The notes under the pieces are model-generated. The model was given only the letters and a program-made list of their open reading frames with translations, was not told the origin of the DNA and searched no databases. Of a stretch of DNA of 29,475 nt, positions 8,626 through 16,853 are shown piece by piece. The translations under genes were made by a program, and so were the position numbers. Source of the DNA: an uncultured virus (IMG/VR IMGVR_UViG_3300028920_000053) (lineage: Duplodnaviria > Heunggongvirae > Uroviricota > Caudoviricetes). How positions within the stretch are numbered: the first letter of the stretch is position 1; every line of letters starts with the position of its first letter. The stretch lies in the IMG/VR virus record IMGVR_UViG_3300028920_000053; one strand, 5' to 3'.

Positions 8626-9957
8626 ATGGCAAGAAGCAAGGACAGGCGGCCGGTCACTGCCGCCGAGACGATGAGCATCGACGAATACCTGACCCACACC
8701 AGCAGCGCGGGCGGGAGCGGGTCGTACCTCAAGAACTGGAAGGACGACGGCTTCATCGTCGTCTGGCTCCACCCCAAGGCGCCCTTCGCCGCGCCCTGGT
8801 TCTTCCGGTTCTACCGGCTCGTCAAGGACCGCGAGGGCGACGGCATGCGCGTTCGGTCCTGGCGCGTCAAGTCGATGGATCGCGATGCGGTCATGCGCAA
8901 GCAGCACTTCCGCGAGGACGACGGGACGCGCGAATACCCGCCCGAGGTGTGCGCCTTCGCGAAGACCCTGGAGTGGGTCCACCAGGCAGTCGAGGAGGGA
9001 ACGCTGGCGGACACAGACGTCATCTTCAGATGGGAGGGCGACGACGACGAGGACGAGCCGATCGAGCTACATGCCGGCGGATTCACCGGACAGATCGCGA
9101 AGAGGTTCCGCGACAAGGAAGTCACGAAGGAGGACAAGCGACGGTATCGGGAGGCCGGAATCCGCGGCGACGAGGTGTGGCGCGAGTCGTGCGCGGCGAA
9201 GCTGAACTACGTCTTCGGGGTCGTCCCCCACGACGAGGCGGAAGATGGGCCCGTGATCGCGATCGAGGGCAAGACCCTGGGCGATCAGATGAAGAAGGTC
9301 ATCCGCGACAGGCGCGAGGACCTCGACACGGACGAGGGGAACTTCGGGAACCCGATCGAGTACCCCGTCGCCTTCAAGTGGATCTACGACGACGACGAGT
9401 CCTTCTCCCGGAAGTATGACGTCAAGGTCCGGACGAGCGTCGAGCTGACGGACCAGGTCCGGGCCGCGTTCGACATGGACCCGCCCGACTTCGGGCCCGT
9501 CCTGGAGCCGTACAACGTCGCCGAGCTGCGCCTCGCGATGGAGGAGGCGTGGTGCTGCGAGGGCGTGACCCCGCCATGGGACGAGCTGTTCGCGGCCGCC
9601 GAGGAGTCGGTCAAGGGGACGCCGCTCGCCGAGCTGCCGTCCGACTTCAACCCGGAGAACTACGAGGACGAGGAAGAGGACGGCGACGAGCCCGAGAAGT
9701 CGACGGGGCCAGAAGAGACCGAGGCGGAGGACGAGGACGGGGAGGAGCTGTACGAATGCGACGCTTGCGGCCAGCCGATGCCCGACGCCCCGAAGTGCCC
9801 GCACTGCGGGGCCGAGTACGACGAAGCCGGGGAGCTGATCAAGAAGCCCGAGAAGCAGGCGACGAGGAAGCGATCGTCCGCCAAGAAGGACAAGGCCGAG
9901 ACGGCGGCACCCGCGAAGGAGGCAAGGGCCCCGCGACGCCGCGGCGGCAAAAGTTGA
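8626..9957 (+). CDS. Putative single-stranded DNA-binding protein (T4 gp32-like) with acidic tract and C-terminal Zn ribbon
   Basis: KLNYVFGVV...DGPVIAIEGKTLGDQMKKVI...NPIEYPVAFKW...KYD parallels the layout of the gp32 core. Long D/E tract; CDAC...CPHC; sits between polB and recA. Confidence 0.55.
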   Translation: MARSKDRRPVTAAETMSIDEYLTHTSSAGGSGSYLKNWKDDGFIVVWLHPKAPFAAPWFFRFYRLVKDREGDGMRVRSWRVKSMDRDAVMRKQHFREDDGTREYPPEVCAFAKTLEWVHQAVEEGTLADTDVIFRWEGDDDEDEPIELHAGGFTGQIAKRFRDKEVTKEDKRRYREAGIRGDEVWRESCAAKLNYVFGVVPHDEAEDGPVIAIEGKTLGDQMKKVIRDRREDLDTDEGNFGNPIEYPVAFKWIYDDDESFSRKYDVKVRTSVELTDQVRAAFDMDPPDFGPVLEPYNVAELRLAMEEAWCCEGVTPPWDELFAAAEESVKGTPLAELPSDFNPENYEDEEEDGDEPEKSTGPEETEAEDEDGEELYECDACGQPMPDAPKCPHCGAEYDEAGELIKKPEKQATRKRSSAKKDKAETAAPAKEARAPRRRGGKS

Positions 9958-9965
9958 GGTGATGA

Positions 9966-10012
9966 GCCGGGCCACCCAGGCGCTCCCATGGGGCACCTGT
10001 GGGGGGCCCGGC
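9966..10012 (+). other. Intergenic GC-rich stem-loop between the SSB-like gene and recA
   Basis: GCCGGGCC...CAGG...CCTG...GGCCCGGC. No U-tract, so a stabilising or processing hairpin rather than a classic terminator. Confidence 0.45.
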
Positions 10013-10034
10013 GACCCCCTTCCATGGTGAGGAC

Positions 10035-11207
10035 ATGCCGAGGAAAGCCAAGAGTGCGCCCAGCGTGGCGAGCAGCGCGAAGCAGAACCGCGAGCGGATG
10101 GCGGCGCTCGCATCGGTGGCCGAGGAAGCCGGCGAGTGGAGGCCCCGCCGCGAGGTCCTCCGGAAGATCGAGGTGGTGCCTACGATCTTCCCGCAGTATG
10201 ACGAGCAGGTCAGGGTGATGGGCCACCCCATCGGGCGCATCACGCTGGTCCATGGCCCGAGCACCGGGGGCAAGACCGAGTTCTGTCTCGGGCTCGGCCT
10301 GTCGTTCCTGAAGCGGGGCCACTTCTTCGCGATGGCCGACGCCGAGCGGACGACTCCCGACCAGTGGGTGCGTGACACCATGCGGGAATACGCGGACCAC
10401 CCGGGGTTCATCGCCTTGCCCGTCAGGACCTACGAGCAGGTGCGAGTGGAGATCCGGAAGCTGTGCGAGCGGGTCGCGAAGGCCAGGGACGAGGGCCGGC
10501 TGCCCGACGATACGACAGGGCTCATCGTCGTCGACTCGATCCGGAAGCTGGTCCCGGAGAAACTGTTCGACAATCTGAAGAAGGCGCTGTCCGACAGCGC
10601 GAGCGCGAAGAAGGTCGTCAAGGACAAGGGCGTCGACGGATTCGGCGGCCGTGCCGGTCAGATGAAGGCGGCGCTGAACGCGGCCTGGGTGGACGAGCTG
10701 GTCCCGCTGATGGCCGACACCAGGATGGCGATTGCGATCGTTACCCGCGAGACCAAGATGGACGATGCCGACGACTCGGTGCCGTTCTGGGAGAAGCGGG
10801 AGGGCCGCGACTTCAAGACGGGCGGCGGGGCCGCGCTGTTCTACGACAGCAGCCTGAGCGTTCGGGTCAAGTCGCAGCCGGTGCAGGTCGATAAGCGGCT
10901 CATCGGCGAGCGGAAGCGGCTGGAGCTGTGGAAGACCAAGCTGGAGTGGCGGACCGAGCAGGTCCCGGTCGCGCACTTCCATACGTCCAACGGCGCCGAC
11001 GGCGCGCCGCGCGGGTTCGATGTTGCGCGGGATCTGCTGGAGCTCGGTCTCGACCTCGATGTGCTGACGCTGTCGGGCAGCTGGATCAAGTTCGGCCGGA
11101 AGAGGTGGCAGGGATCGGAGAAGGCCGTCGCCGCGATGCGAAAGGACGAGGGGCTCCGCGCCGATGTCGAGGAGGAGTGTCGCCGCAGATTCGGGGGCGA
11201 CAAGTGA
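10035..11207 (+). CDS. recA: RecA/UvsX-family recombinase
   Basis: Walker A GPSTGGKT, DAE, Walker B IVVDSI, TGGGAALFYDSS and a RecA C-terminal SGSWIKFG...QG. ATG 10035 after GAGGA. Confidence 0.92.
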   Translation: MPRKAKSAPSVASSAKQNRERMAALASVAEEAGEWRPRREVLRKIEVVPTIFPQYDEQVRVMGHPIGRITLVHGPSTGGKTEFCLGLGLSFLKRGHFFAMADAERTTPDQWVRDTMREYADHPGFIALPVRTYEQVRVEIRKLCERVAKARDEGRLPDDTTGLIVVDSIRKLVPEKLFDNLKKALSDSASAKKVVKDKGVDGFGGRAGQMKAALNAAWVDELVPLMADTRMAIAIVTRETKMDDADDSVPFWEKREGRDFKTGGGAALFYDSSLSVRVKSQPVQVDKRLIGERKRLELWKTKLEWRTEQVPVAHFHTSNGADGAPRGFDVARDLLELGLDLDVLTLSGSWIKFGRKRWQGSEKAVAAMRKDEGLRADVEEECRRRFGGDK

Positions 11208-11932
11208 GCGGCCACGACATCGTCGTCGCCACGGGCGACTGGCACATGGACTGGCGCACGGCCGGTCTGTCCAGGTTCGACGATGTGCGGAGGGGCGCGG
11301 AGCAAGCGGTCGACAAGGCGATCGAGCTGAGGGCGGACCTGTTCGCGTTCCTCGGAGACCTCGCCGATCCGGATTCACCCGCGGCATGGAGGGCCGCCGC
11401 CTTCGCGATCGAGTGCTGGCAGCGGTTGGATGAGCACCGCATCAAGTCGGTATGGCTGACCGGCAACCACGACGTCCTGGAAGATGGCAGCGGGACCTCG
11501 GTCCTGGAGCCGCTACGGGCGGCTGGCGCCGAGGTCGCGGCCCTGCCGACCTTCCATGTCGGCGAGCGGCTCGGCCTGGACGTGATAGCGCTGCCCTATG
11601 TGGCCCGGTCTCACGCGTACGACCCGGCGGAGGAGATCCGCAAAGCGGCCGGCTGGGGACAGATCGGGAGGCGCCCGCTCGTCCTCGGACACCTGATGGC
11701 CGAAGGGATCTCCGTCGGTTCGGAGACGGGCGACATGGCGCGAGGTCGCGACGTGTTCCTCCCGCTCGAGCAGCTCGCCGCGAGCTACCCCGAGGCGATC
11801 ATCGTGAACGGGCACTACCACCTGGCGCAGGAGTTCCGCGGCGTCCGGTTCCCGGGGGCGCTTGCCAGGCTGACCCGGGGCGAGCGAGACCACGACCCGC
11901 AGTTCCTCGTCCTGGAGGTGCCGGTTGGCTAG
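11204..11932 (+). CDS. sbcD: SbcD/Mre11-like metallophosphoesterase nuclease (catalytic domain only)
   Basis: GDWH, GDLAD, GNHD, GHL and GHYH motifs; GTGA overlap with the recA stop. Confidence 0.88.
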   Translation: MSGHDIVVATGDWHMDWRTAGLSRFDDVRRGAEQAVDKAIELRADLFAFLGDLADPDSPAAWRAAAFAIECWQRLDEHRIKSVWLTGNHDVLEDGSGTSVLEPLRAAGAEVAALPTFHVGERLGLDVIALPYVARSHAYDPAEEIRKAAGWGQIGRRPLVLGHLMAEGISVGSETGDMARGRDVFLPLEQLAASYPEAIIVNGHYHLAQEFRGVRFPGALARLTRGERDHDPQFLVLEVPVG

Positions 11933-12326
11933 GCGTAGGAAGGTCCAGGCGCTGCGGGCCGAGTCGGTCCCGGTCGACTCCCGGCGGATCGTGGTTGTCG
12001 GGCCCGACAGCGCCTTGTGGAAGGGCGAGCCAGGCGAGATGGAGGTGGTGGATGCGATCGTCTTTCTGGAGCCGCCGGCGGGGACCCCGCCGCACGACGT
12101 CGAGTCGGCCAGGGATCGGCTCGCCAACGACATGGGGGCGGCGGTCGTCCGCACCCTGCCGGCCGCCAAGGGGCAGGCCGAGGTCCCCGAGCAGGCAGCT
12201 CGCCCCGAAGAGGCGGACGAGTCGATCCGGCAGGTCGTGTTCGCCATGGCAGCTGAGTGCCGGACCGCGGACCCCGACCTGCTGCGGACGGCGCTGGAGG
12301 AGTGCCTTGGCGCGGCCGGAGTCTAG
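11925..12326 (+). CDS. 133-aa protein, probably the detached C-terminal (capping/Rad50-binding) part of SbcD
   Basis: TTG start after GGAGG. Beta/alpha segment, linker, then two terminal helices; lies between sbcD and sbcC. Confidence 0.5.
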   Translation: MARRRKVQALRAESVPVDSRRIVVVGPDSALWKGEPGEMEVVDAIVFLEPPAGTPPHDVESARDRLANDMGAAVVRTLPAAKGQAEVPEQAARPEEADESIRQVVFAMAAECRTADPDLLRTALEECLGAAGV

Positions 12327-12389
12327 GTTCCTGGCATCGGTGGCGCTCGGCATGCTGCTGGCGTCGGGCGCGGCATTGATGGGGTGGAT

Positions 12390-14309
12390 ATGAGCGCCTT
12401 CCTGACCGGCATTAGGGTGAGGAACTGGAAGAGGTTCCGCGGGACGTTCGAGCTGGAGCTGGGCCCCGGCACCTACGCGATCGTCGCCGAGGACGAGGAA
12501 GACAGCGACAGGAGCAACTGGCTCGGGAAGTCCGCGATCGTCGAGGCGGTGCGGTTCGCCATGACGGGCAAGGCTAGCAGTGACGACGGCACGCTGGACG
12601 GGCTCATCAGCCATGGCGAGGCGGAGATGGCTGTCGACCTGGAGTTCAGCGACTCGACCTTCGTCTCCAAGTCGAAGGAGCGGGGCAAGTCGGTGCAGAC
12701 GTTTGCCGCGGTCCAGGAGCTCGCCGGCGAGCTGGAGGCCCACCAGGCAGCGGCGCAGGAGGCGATCCACGAGTGGCTGTGCCTGTCCGCCGAGGACTTC
12801 GACTCGACCGTCTACATCGGGCAGAAGGAGGCGCGCCGGTTCGTCGATACGGATCCCGCCGACAGGACTCGGTTGATCAATGGATGGCTGGCCCTGTCGC
12901 CTTTGGAGGTTGCCGCCGCGAGGGCCGACCGCAGAGTGGCGGCGCTGGTCGAGGAAGACCGGAAGCTGAACGAGGTCGAGGACAGGGCGAGAGGGGAAGC
13001 GGAGCGGCACGACGCGGAGGGTATGGTCCAGGTGGTCCGCGGGCTGGAGCTGGAGGTCGAGGAGGAGCGGGAGGCGCTGGAAGCCGCGAGGGCCAGGTGG
13101 CGGAAGGCTCACGAGTCGGTCGAGGATCGGGCCAAGGCGCTGATGGACAAGCAGCAGGCCGACGCCCACGCGAGGACGCTGCTCGAGCTGGAGGCGGCGA
13201 AGAAGGCCGCGCTCGGGCTGAAGGTCGTCCCGACCAAGCGGAGCGAGGAGCTGCTCGCGGGACAGCGGGCGGCGATCGAGGACTGCCGCCGTCGCGTGGT
13301 GAAGAAGCGGAGGCTCGCCGCCGGCGACTTCGACGGCCAGTGCCCGCTGATGCACGCGCCTTGCCCTGCCTCCGACGAGGTACTGGAGAAGACGAAAGGG
13401 AACCGGCGGATGCTGGAGTCGGCAGAGTCGTCGCTCGCCGTGGCCGAGCAGGAGACGGCGAAGACCGAGCGGGCCCTCGCCCAGCTGCGCCGGGACAATC
13501 GGGAAGCGGAGACGAAGATCGAGCGGGAGCGACGGCTGAAGGCCGAGGCCGAGCGGCTGCGACCGGCGGCCGAGCGACATCGGCGGTGCCGCGAGGAGAT
13601 CCCGGAGGAGCCGCCCGCCGAGCCGTCCGACCGCGCCCTGGTGCTCGCCGAGCAGGCGCTGGAGCGGGCGCTGGAGCTGTGCCGCGAGCTGGATGCGGCT
13701 CGCGAGAGGAGGGCCGAGCTGGCGCGGGAGCTCGGCGCGTGGCGGGCGGCCTGCGCGATCCTGGGTAGGCAGGGGGCGCAGCGACGCATCAGCCGTTCGG
13801 TCCTCGCGCAGATCGAGCAGGGGGCGAACGGCCTACTGTCCAGGGCTGGCATCCCGCTGCAGGTCCGGGCCGAGTGGGGAAGGCCGACGCAGCAGATGGA
13901 GGATCAGTGCAGCCGATGCGGCGCGCCATTCCCGAAGTCCAGGAAGGCCAGGCAGTGCGAGGCATGCGGATCGGACCGAGGCCGCAAGCTGGACGGGAAG
14001 CTGCACGTCGCGACCAGCTCCCGAAGCGGCGCGACCGAGGACCTCGGCGGCGTCGGCTTCCAGCTCGCGGCCGCCGCGTGGCTTCGGCGCCGACGGGGAT
14101 CGCCGCTGTCCACGGTCTTTCTGGATGAGCCGTTCGGGGCGCTCGACCCCCACAACCGAAGGGGGCTCGCCCAGGCGCTCGCGAGGGTCGCCGACATCGG
14201 GTTCGAGCAGTCCTTCGTCATCGCCCATGACCGGGGGATCCTGGACGCGCTGCCGAGGCGCATCCAGGTGATCGGCAGGGGGAAGTGGTCAGAGGTTCGG
14301 GTTGTCTGA
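12390..14309 (+). CDS. sbcC: SbcC/Rad50-like (gp46-type) ABC ATPase
   Basis: IRVRNWKRF, Walker A variant SNWLGKS, Q-loop YIGQ, coiled coils, Walker B/D-loop FLDEPFGALD, H-loop IAHD. Confidence 0.9.
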   Translation: MSAFLTGIRVRNWKRFRGTFELELGPGTYAIVAEDEEDSDRSNWLGKSAIVEAVRFAMTGKASSDDGTLDGLISHGEAEMAVDLEFSDSTFVSKSKERGKSVQTFAAVQELAGELEAHQAAAQEAIHEWLCLSAEDFDSTVYIGQKEARRFVDTDPADRTRLINGWLALSPLEVAAARADRRVAALVEEDRKLNEVEDRARGEAERHDAEGMVQVVRGLELEVEEEREALEAARARWRKAHESVEDRAKALMDKQQADAHARTLLELEAAKKAALGLKVVPTKRSEELLAGQRAAIEDCRRRVVKKRRLAAGDFDGQCPLMHAPCPASDEVLEKTKGNRRMLESAESSLAVAEQETAKTERALAQLRRDNREAETKIERERRLKAEAERLRPAAERHRRCREEIPEEPPAEPSDRALVLAEQALERALELCRELDAARERRAELARELGAWRAACAILGRQGAQRRISRSVLAQIEQGANGLLSRAGIPLQVRAEWGRPTQQMEDQCSRCGAPFPKSRKARQCEACGSDRGRKLDGKLHVATSSRSGATEDLGGVGFQLAAAAWLRRRRGSPLSTVFLDEPFGALDPHNRRGLAQALARVADIGFEQSFVIAHDRGILDALPRRIQVIGRGKWSEVRVV

Positions 14310-14484
14310 CAGGACCTTCCCCGTCAACCTGGTGGTCAGGATGGAAGTCAAGGCGAGGAACGCCGCGGCGGCGAGGAACCGCGCGGCGGAGATCGCGACA
14401 AGGCAGGGCATGCGAGTCGTGTCCGCCGAGCTGGCACAGGCCGAGGAGCGGCCTCCGCAGAGGAGGCGGCGCGATGTCAGATAA
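14302..14484 (+). CDS. Hypothetical protein (60 aa)
   Basis: TTG start after GAGG; overlaps both neighbours and fills the gap. Confidence 0.5.
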   Translation: MSDRTFPVNLVVRMEVKARNAAAARNRAAEIATRQGMRVVSAELAQAEERPPQRRRRDVR

Positions 14485-15040
14485 GGGGCCAAGGGGCGAG
14501 CGCGAGGCGGTCGTGATGCTGGAGAAGTGGTGGCGCAGGCTGGAGCCCGAGGTCGAGATGGTCCGGACCCCGAAGTCGGGGGGCTGGGCCCACGCCGCGA
14601 AGTTCAAGGCCAGGGGCGACGTGATGGTCGATCCCGGAACCGAGCGCTTCCCCTTCTCGGTCGAGGTCAAGAGGCGCGAGGCGTGGAGCCCGGACCACCT
14701 GCTCGACGGCAGGCCCTCGCCCGTCTGGAAGTGGTGGCTCCAGTGCCAGGCCGCGGCGCGGGACGAGGAGCTGGAGCCGCTGCTGCTGTTCCGGAAGAAC
14801 CGCCGCCCGTGGCTCGCGGTGCTGCGGCTCGCGTTCGCCAGGGTGAAGCGGATGCCCGAGCCCGACGTCGTGTGGGCGAGGGACTTCGAGCTGGCCCGGG
14901 GGTTCGAGGTCGGGGAGCGGCCCTGCCTGTACCTCGCCGAGCGGCTGGTGGCGGTCGACCCGGCGCTGGTGGCCCTAAACCCGCCCGGGTCGCGCCAGGA
15001 CGCGCCAGGAGGCCGCCGGCGGAAGGGGCAAGGGGGGTAA
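14474..15040 (+). CDS. Hjc-like PD-(D/E)xK Holliday junction resolvase
   Basis: KGPRGERE...RTPKSGG...GDV...VEVKR...PLLLFRKNR; ATG 14474 after AGGAGG. Confidence 0.82.
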   Translation: MSDKGPRGEREAVVMLEKWWRRLEPEVEMVRTPKSGGWAHAAKFKARGDVMVDPGTERFPFSVEVKRREAWSPDHLLDGRPSPVWKWWLQCQAAARDEELEPLLLFRKNRRPWLAVLRLAFARVKRMPEPDVVWARDFELARGFEVGERPCLYLAERLVAVDPALVALNPPGSRQDAPGGRRRKGQGG

Positions 15041-15160
15041 GCCGCAGGCTCCTGAAAGCGCGCCAGGGCGCCGATCTGGTGGCTTCCTGCAGGTCGTGGA
15101 AATCGGAAGGAAATCGACGCCGCGCCCCTTGGCGTAAGCCGCCGGAATGACTAGCTTAAT
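14997..15160 (+). promoter_or_regulatory. Duplicated promoter module, copy 1 (TTGGCG 15129 - N17 - TAGCTT 15152)
   Basis: Shares blocks AGGACGCGCCAGGAG, GCCGCAGGC, GAAAGCGCGCCAGGGCG, GGAAATC, AATCGACG, CCCCTTGGCGTAA and CGGAATGACTA with 25961-26120. Confidence 0.8.
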
Positions 15161-15226
15161 ATCAGATGGGCGATGGAGCTCAGCTGGGATGGCCCAGCCG
15201 GTAGCTCTCGCCAGAAACGGAATACG

Positions 15227-15781
15227 ATGAGCACATTGGCATTGAGCAGGGCGCTAGGAAAGGTCGCGCCGTTCGCGCTGACCCTGACCAGCATCCAAGG
15301 CAACATCTGGACGTTCCTCGCACTCGCGACCCTCGTCCGGACCCACACCGACTCAGACGGCCACACCTGGGAATCCCTGGAAGACGCCGACATCGAGCTG
15401 GAAGTGGATAACAAGACCGACAAGGTCACGGCGACCGACGCCCCCGACTGGGTGACCCCCGAAGCGGCGGTGGCGGTGGCGGCCGAAGCGATGGAGTGGC
15501 TGGAATCCCTGAAGTCGGCGGATCGCTGGACGATCATCGACGAGGCGAAGAAGGCCGGCTGCTATACGGGCGCCTGGGAAGTCAGGAAGGCCGAGCGCAG
15601 CGAGCGGAACGGCGAGCTGTACATCCACGGCCTGAACCACTACACGGGCGACGAGTTCCACTGGCACATCGGGCTGCGGCACAGCATGCCGAGCGCCTAC
15701 GAGTACGACTTCAGCGACTGCGAAGCGACCCCCGAGGCCGCCCCGATGGTCGAGGCGATGATCGCCGCGAGGTCGGTGTGA
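15227..15781 (+). CDS. Hypothetical early protein (184 aa)
   Basis: First gene after the promoter. ATG 15227 preferred because the tracked upstream ATG at 15173 lies within the leader hairpin. Confidence 0.65.
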   Translation: MSTLALSRALGKVAPFALTLTSIQGNIWTFLALATLVRTHTDSDGHTWESLEDADIELEVDNKTDKVTATDAPDWVTPEAAVAVAAEAMEWLESLKSADRWTIIDEAKKAGCYTGAWEVRKAERSERNGELYIHGLNHYTGDEFHWHIGLRHSMPSAYEYDFSDCEATPEAAPMVEAMIAARSV

Positions 15782-16098
15782 GCGCCCTCTGGACTGTCGA
15801 GCAAGTCGACCGCAATCGGCTGATCCGCGAGGTCGCCGAGCTGCTGGACCGACTCCGGCCGACAATCGACGACGGCTTCCGGGCCGATCCCGAGGACGAG
15901 GAGCCAGGGATACAGGTGACGATCGCGACCAGCGACGGCGAGTCGTGGGTCTACCAGACCGGAGACAATTCCTTCATGGGCGACTGCTACGGACACCGAC
16001 ACTGGGGCGTGATGTCCCTCTACCGCGACAGCGACACCCACGAGGTCGCGTCCGACGGCGTCGCCATGATGCTGGAGTCCTACCTGGAGGCGGTGTGA
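15778..16098 (+). CDS. Hypothetical protein (106 aa)
   Basis: GTGA-coupled start with GAGG SD; contains the segment YQTGDNSFMGDCY. Confidence 0.7.
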   Translation: MSALWTVEQVDRNRLIREVAELLDRLRPTIDDGFRADPEDEEPGIQVTIATSDGESWVYQTGDNSFMGDCYGHRHWGVMSLYRDSDTHEVASDGVAMMLESYLEAV

Positions 16099-16385
16099 GC
16101 CGCCTACGCCGGGCCCTTGCGAGGGTCGAGGCTGACCTCGCCGCCAACGACGCGGCGAGGCGCGGGCGGGTCGAGCGGCGGCTGGGCCGCGATCTCAAGG
16201 TGGGCGATACGATAGAGACCTGGTGGTCCCCCCGGCGAGACACGATCGTCGGGCTGACCCCCTACGAAGGGCCGCTAAGCGGGGTCTTCCCCGAAGGCGC
16301 CCAGCTCGCCGAGTTCGCGCTGAGCCCGACGGGCATGACGATCGACAACGGCGACCTGTACGAGGTCGTCCTGGTGGGAGAGTGA
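16095..16385 (+). CDS. Hypothetical protein (96 aa), possible small beta-barrel
   Basis: GTGA-coupled start after GGAGG; DLKVGDTI motif. Confidence 0.65.
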   Translation: MSRLRRALARVEADLAANDAARRGRVERRLGRDLKVGDTIETWWSPRRDTIVGLTPYEGPLSGVFPEGAQLAEFALSPTGMTIDNGDLYEVVLVGE

Positions 16386-16386
16386 G

Positions 16387-16665
16387 ATGCAAGTCAGCTT
16401 GAGAATGGATGATGGCCGGACCGTCGAGGCCCGGCCCCCTACCCCCGACGCGTCGTGGGTCGAGACCGGGATCGAATGTCCGAGCGGAGGCCACTACCTC
16501 GACGTCAGGAGCGACACCCGGATCCGGCACGAACGGCACTACGAGGGGCCCGGCGCCTATTGCATGGCGTGTAAGCGGAAAGTCGGGACGCTGGTCGTCA
16601 AGACGGACACGCTGTTCGGGCTGGACGAGGACGAGGCGGTCGCCCGTCGCGGGAGGGTCTATTGA
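16387..16665 (+). CDS. Hypothetical protein (92 aa), possibly Zn-binding
   Basis: CPSGGH...CMAC; GGAG SD. Confidence 0.65.
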   Translation: MQVSLRMDDGRTVEARPPTPDASWVETGIECPSGGHYLDVRSDTRIRHERHYEGPGAYCMACKRKVGTLVVKTDTLFGLDEDEAVARRGRVY

Positions 16666-16853
16666 TGGCCCGGCGCAGCGGGAACCGGGCACGCCGTCGG
16701 AACATGAACCGGGCCGAGCGTGAGCGGCAGAAGCCTGCCGCCCCGAACTGCCCACTGTGCGGGAGCGAGGCCCCCGAGGTCTCGCCCCGGCTCCATCGGT
16801 GCAGCAACTGCGCCGTGGAGATCAGAAGGGAGGACGTCCGGTGGGCGTCGTGA
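16665..16853 (+). CDS. Small Arg-rich Zn-ribbon protein (62 aa)
   Basis: TGATG overlap; RRSGNRARRRNMNRAER followed by CPLC...CSNC. Confidence 0.65.
   Translation: MARRSGNRARRRNMNRAERERQKPAAPNCPLCGSEAPEVSPRLHRCSNCAVEIRREDVRWAS

Noticed and set aside
5320..11207. Inteins or introns in polB or recA
   Set aside because: Lengths are ordinary, motifs are contiguous, and no splice-junction or homing-endonuclease motifs were seen.
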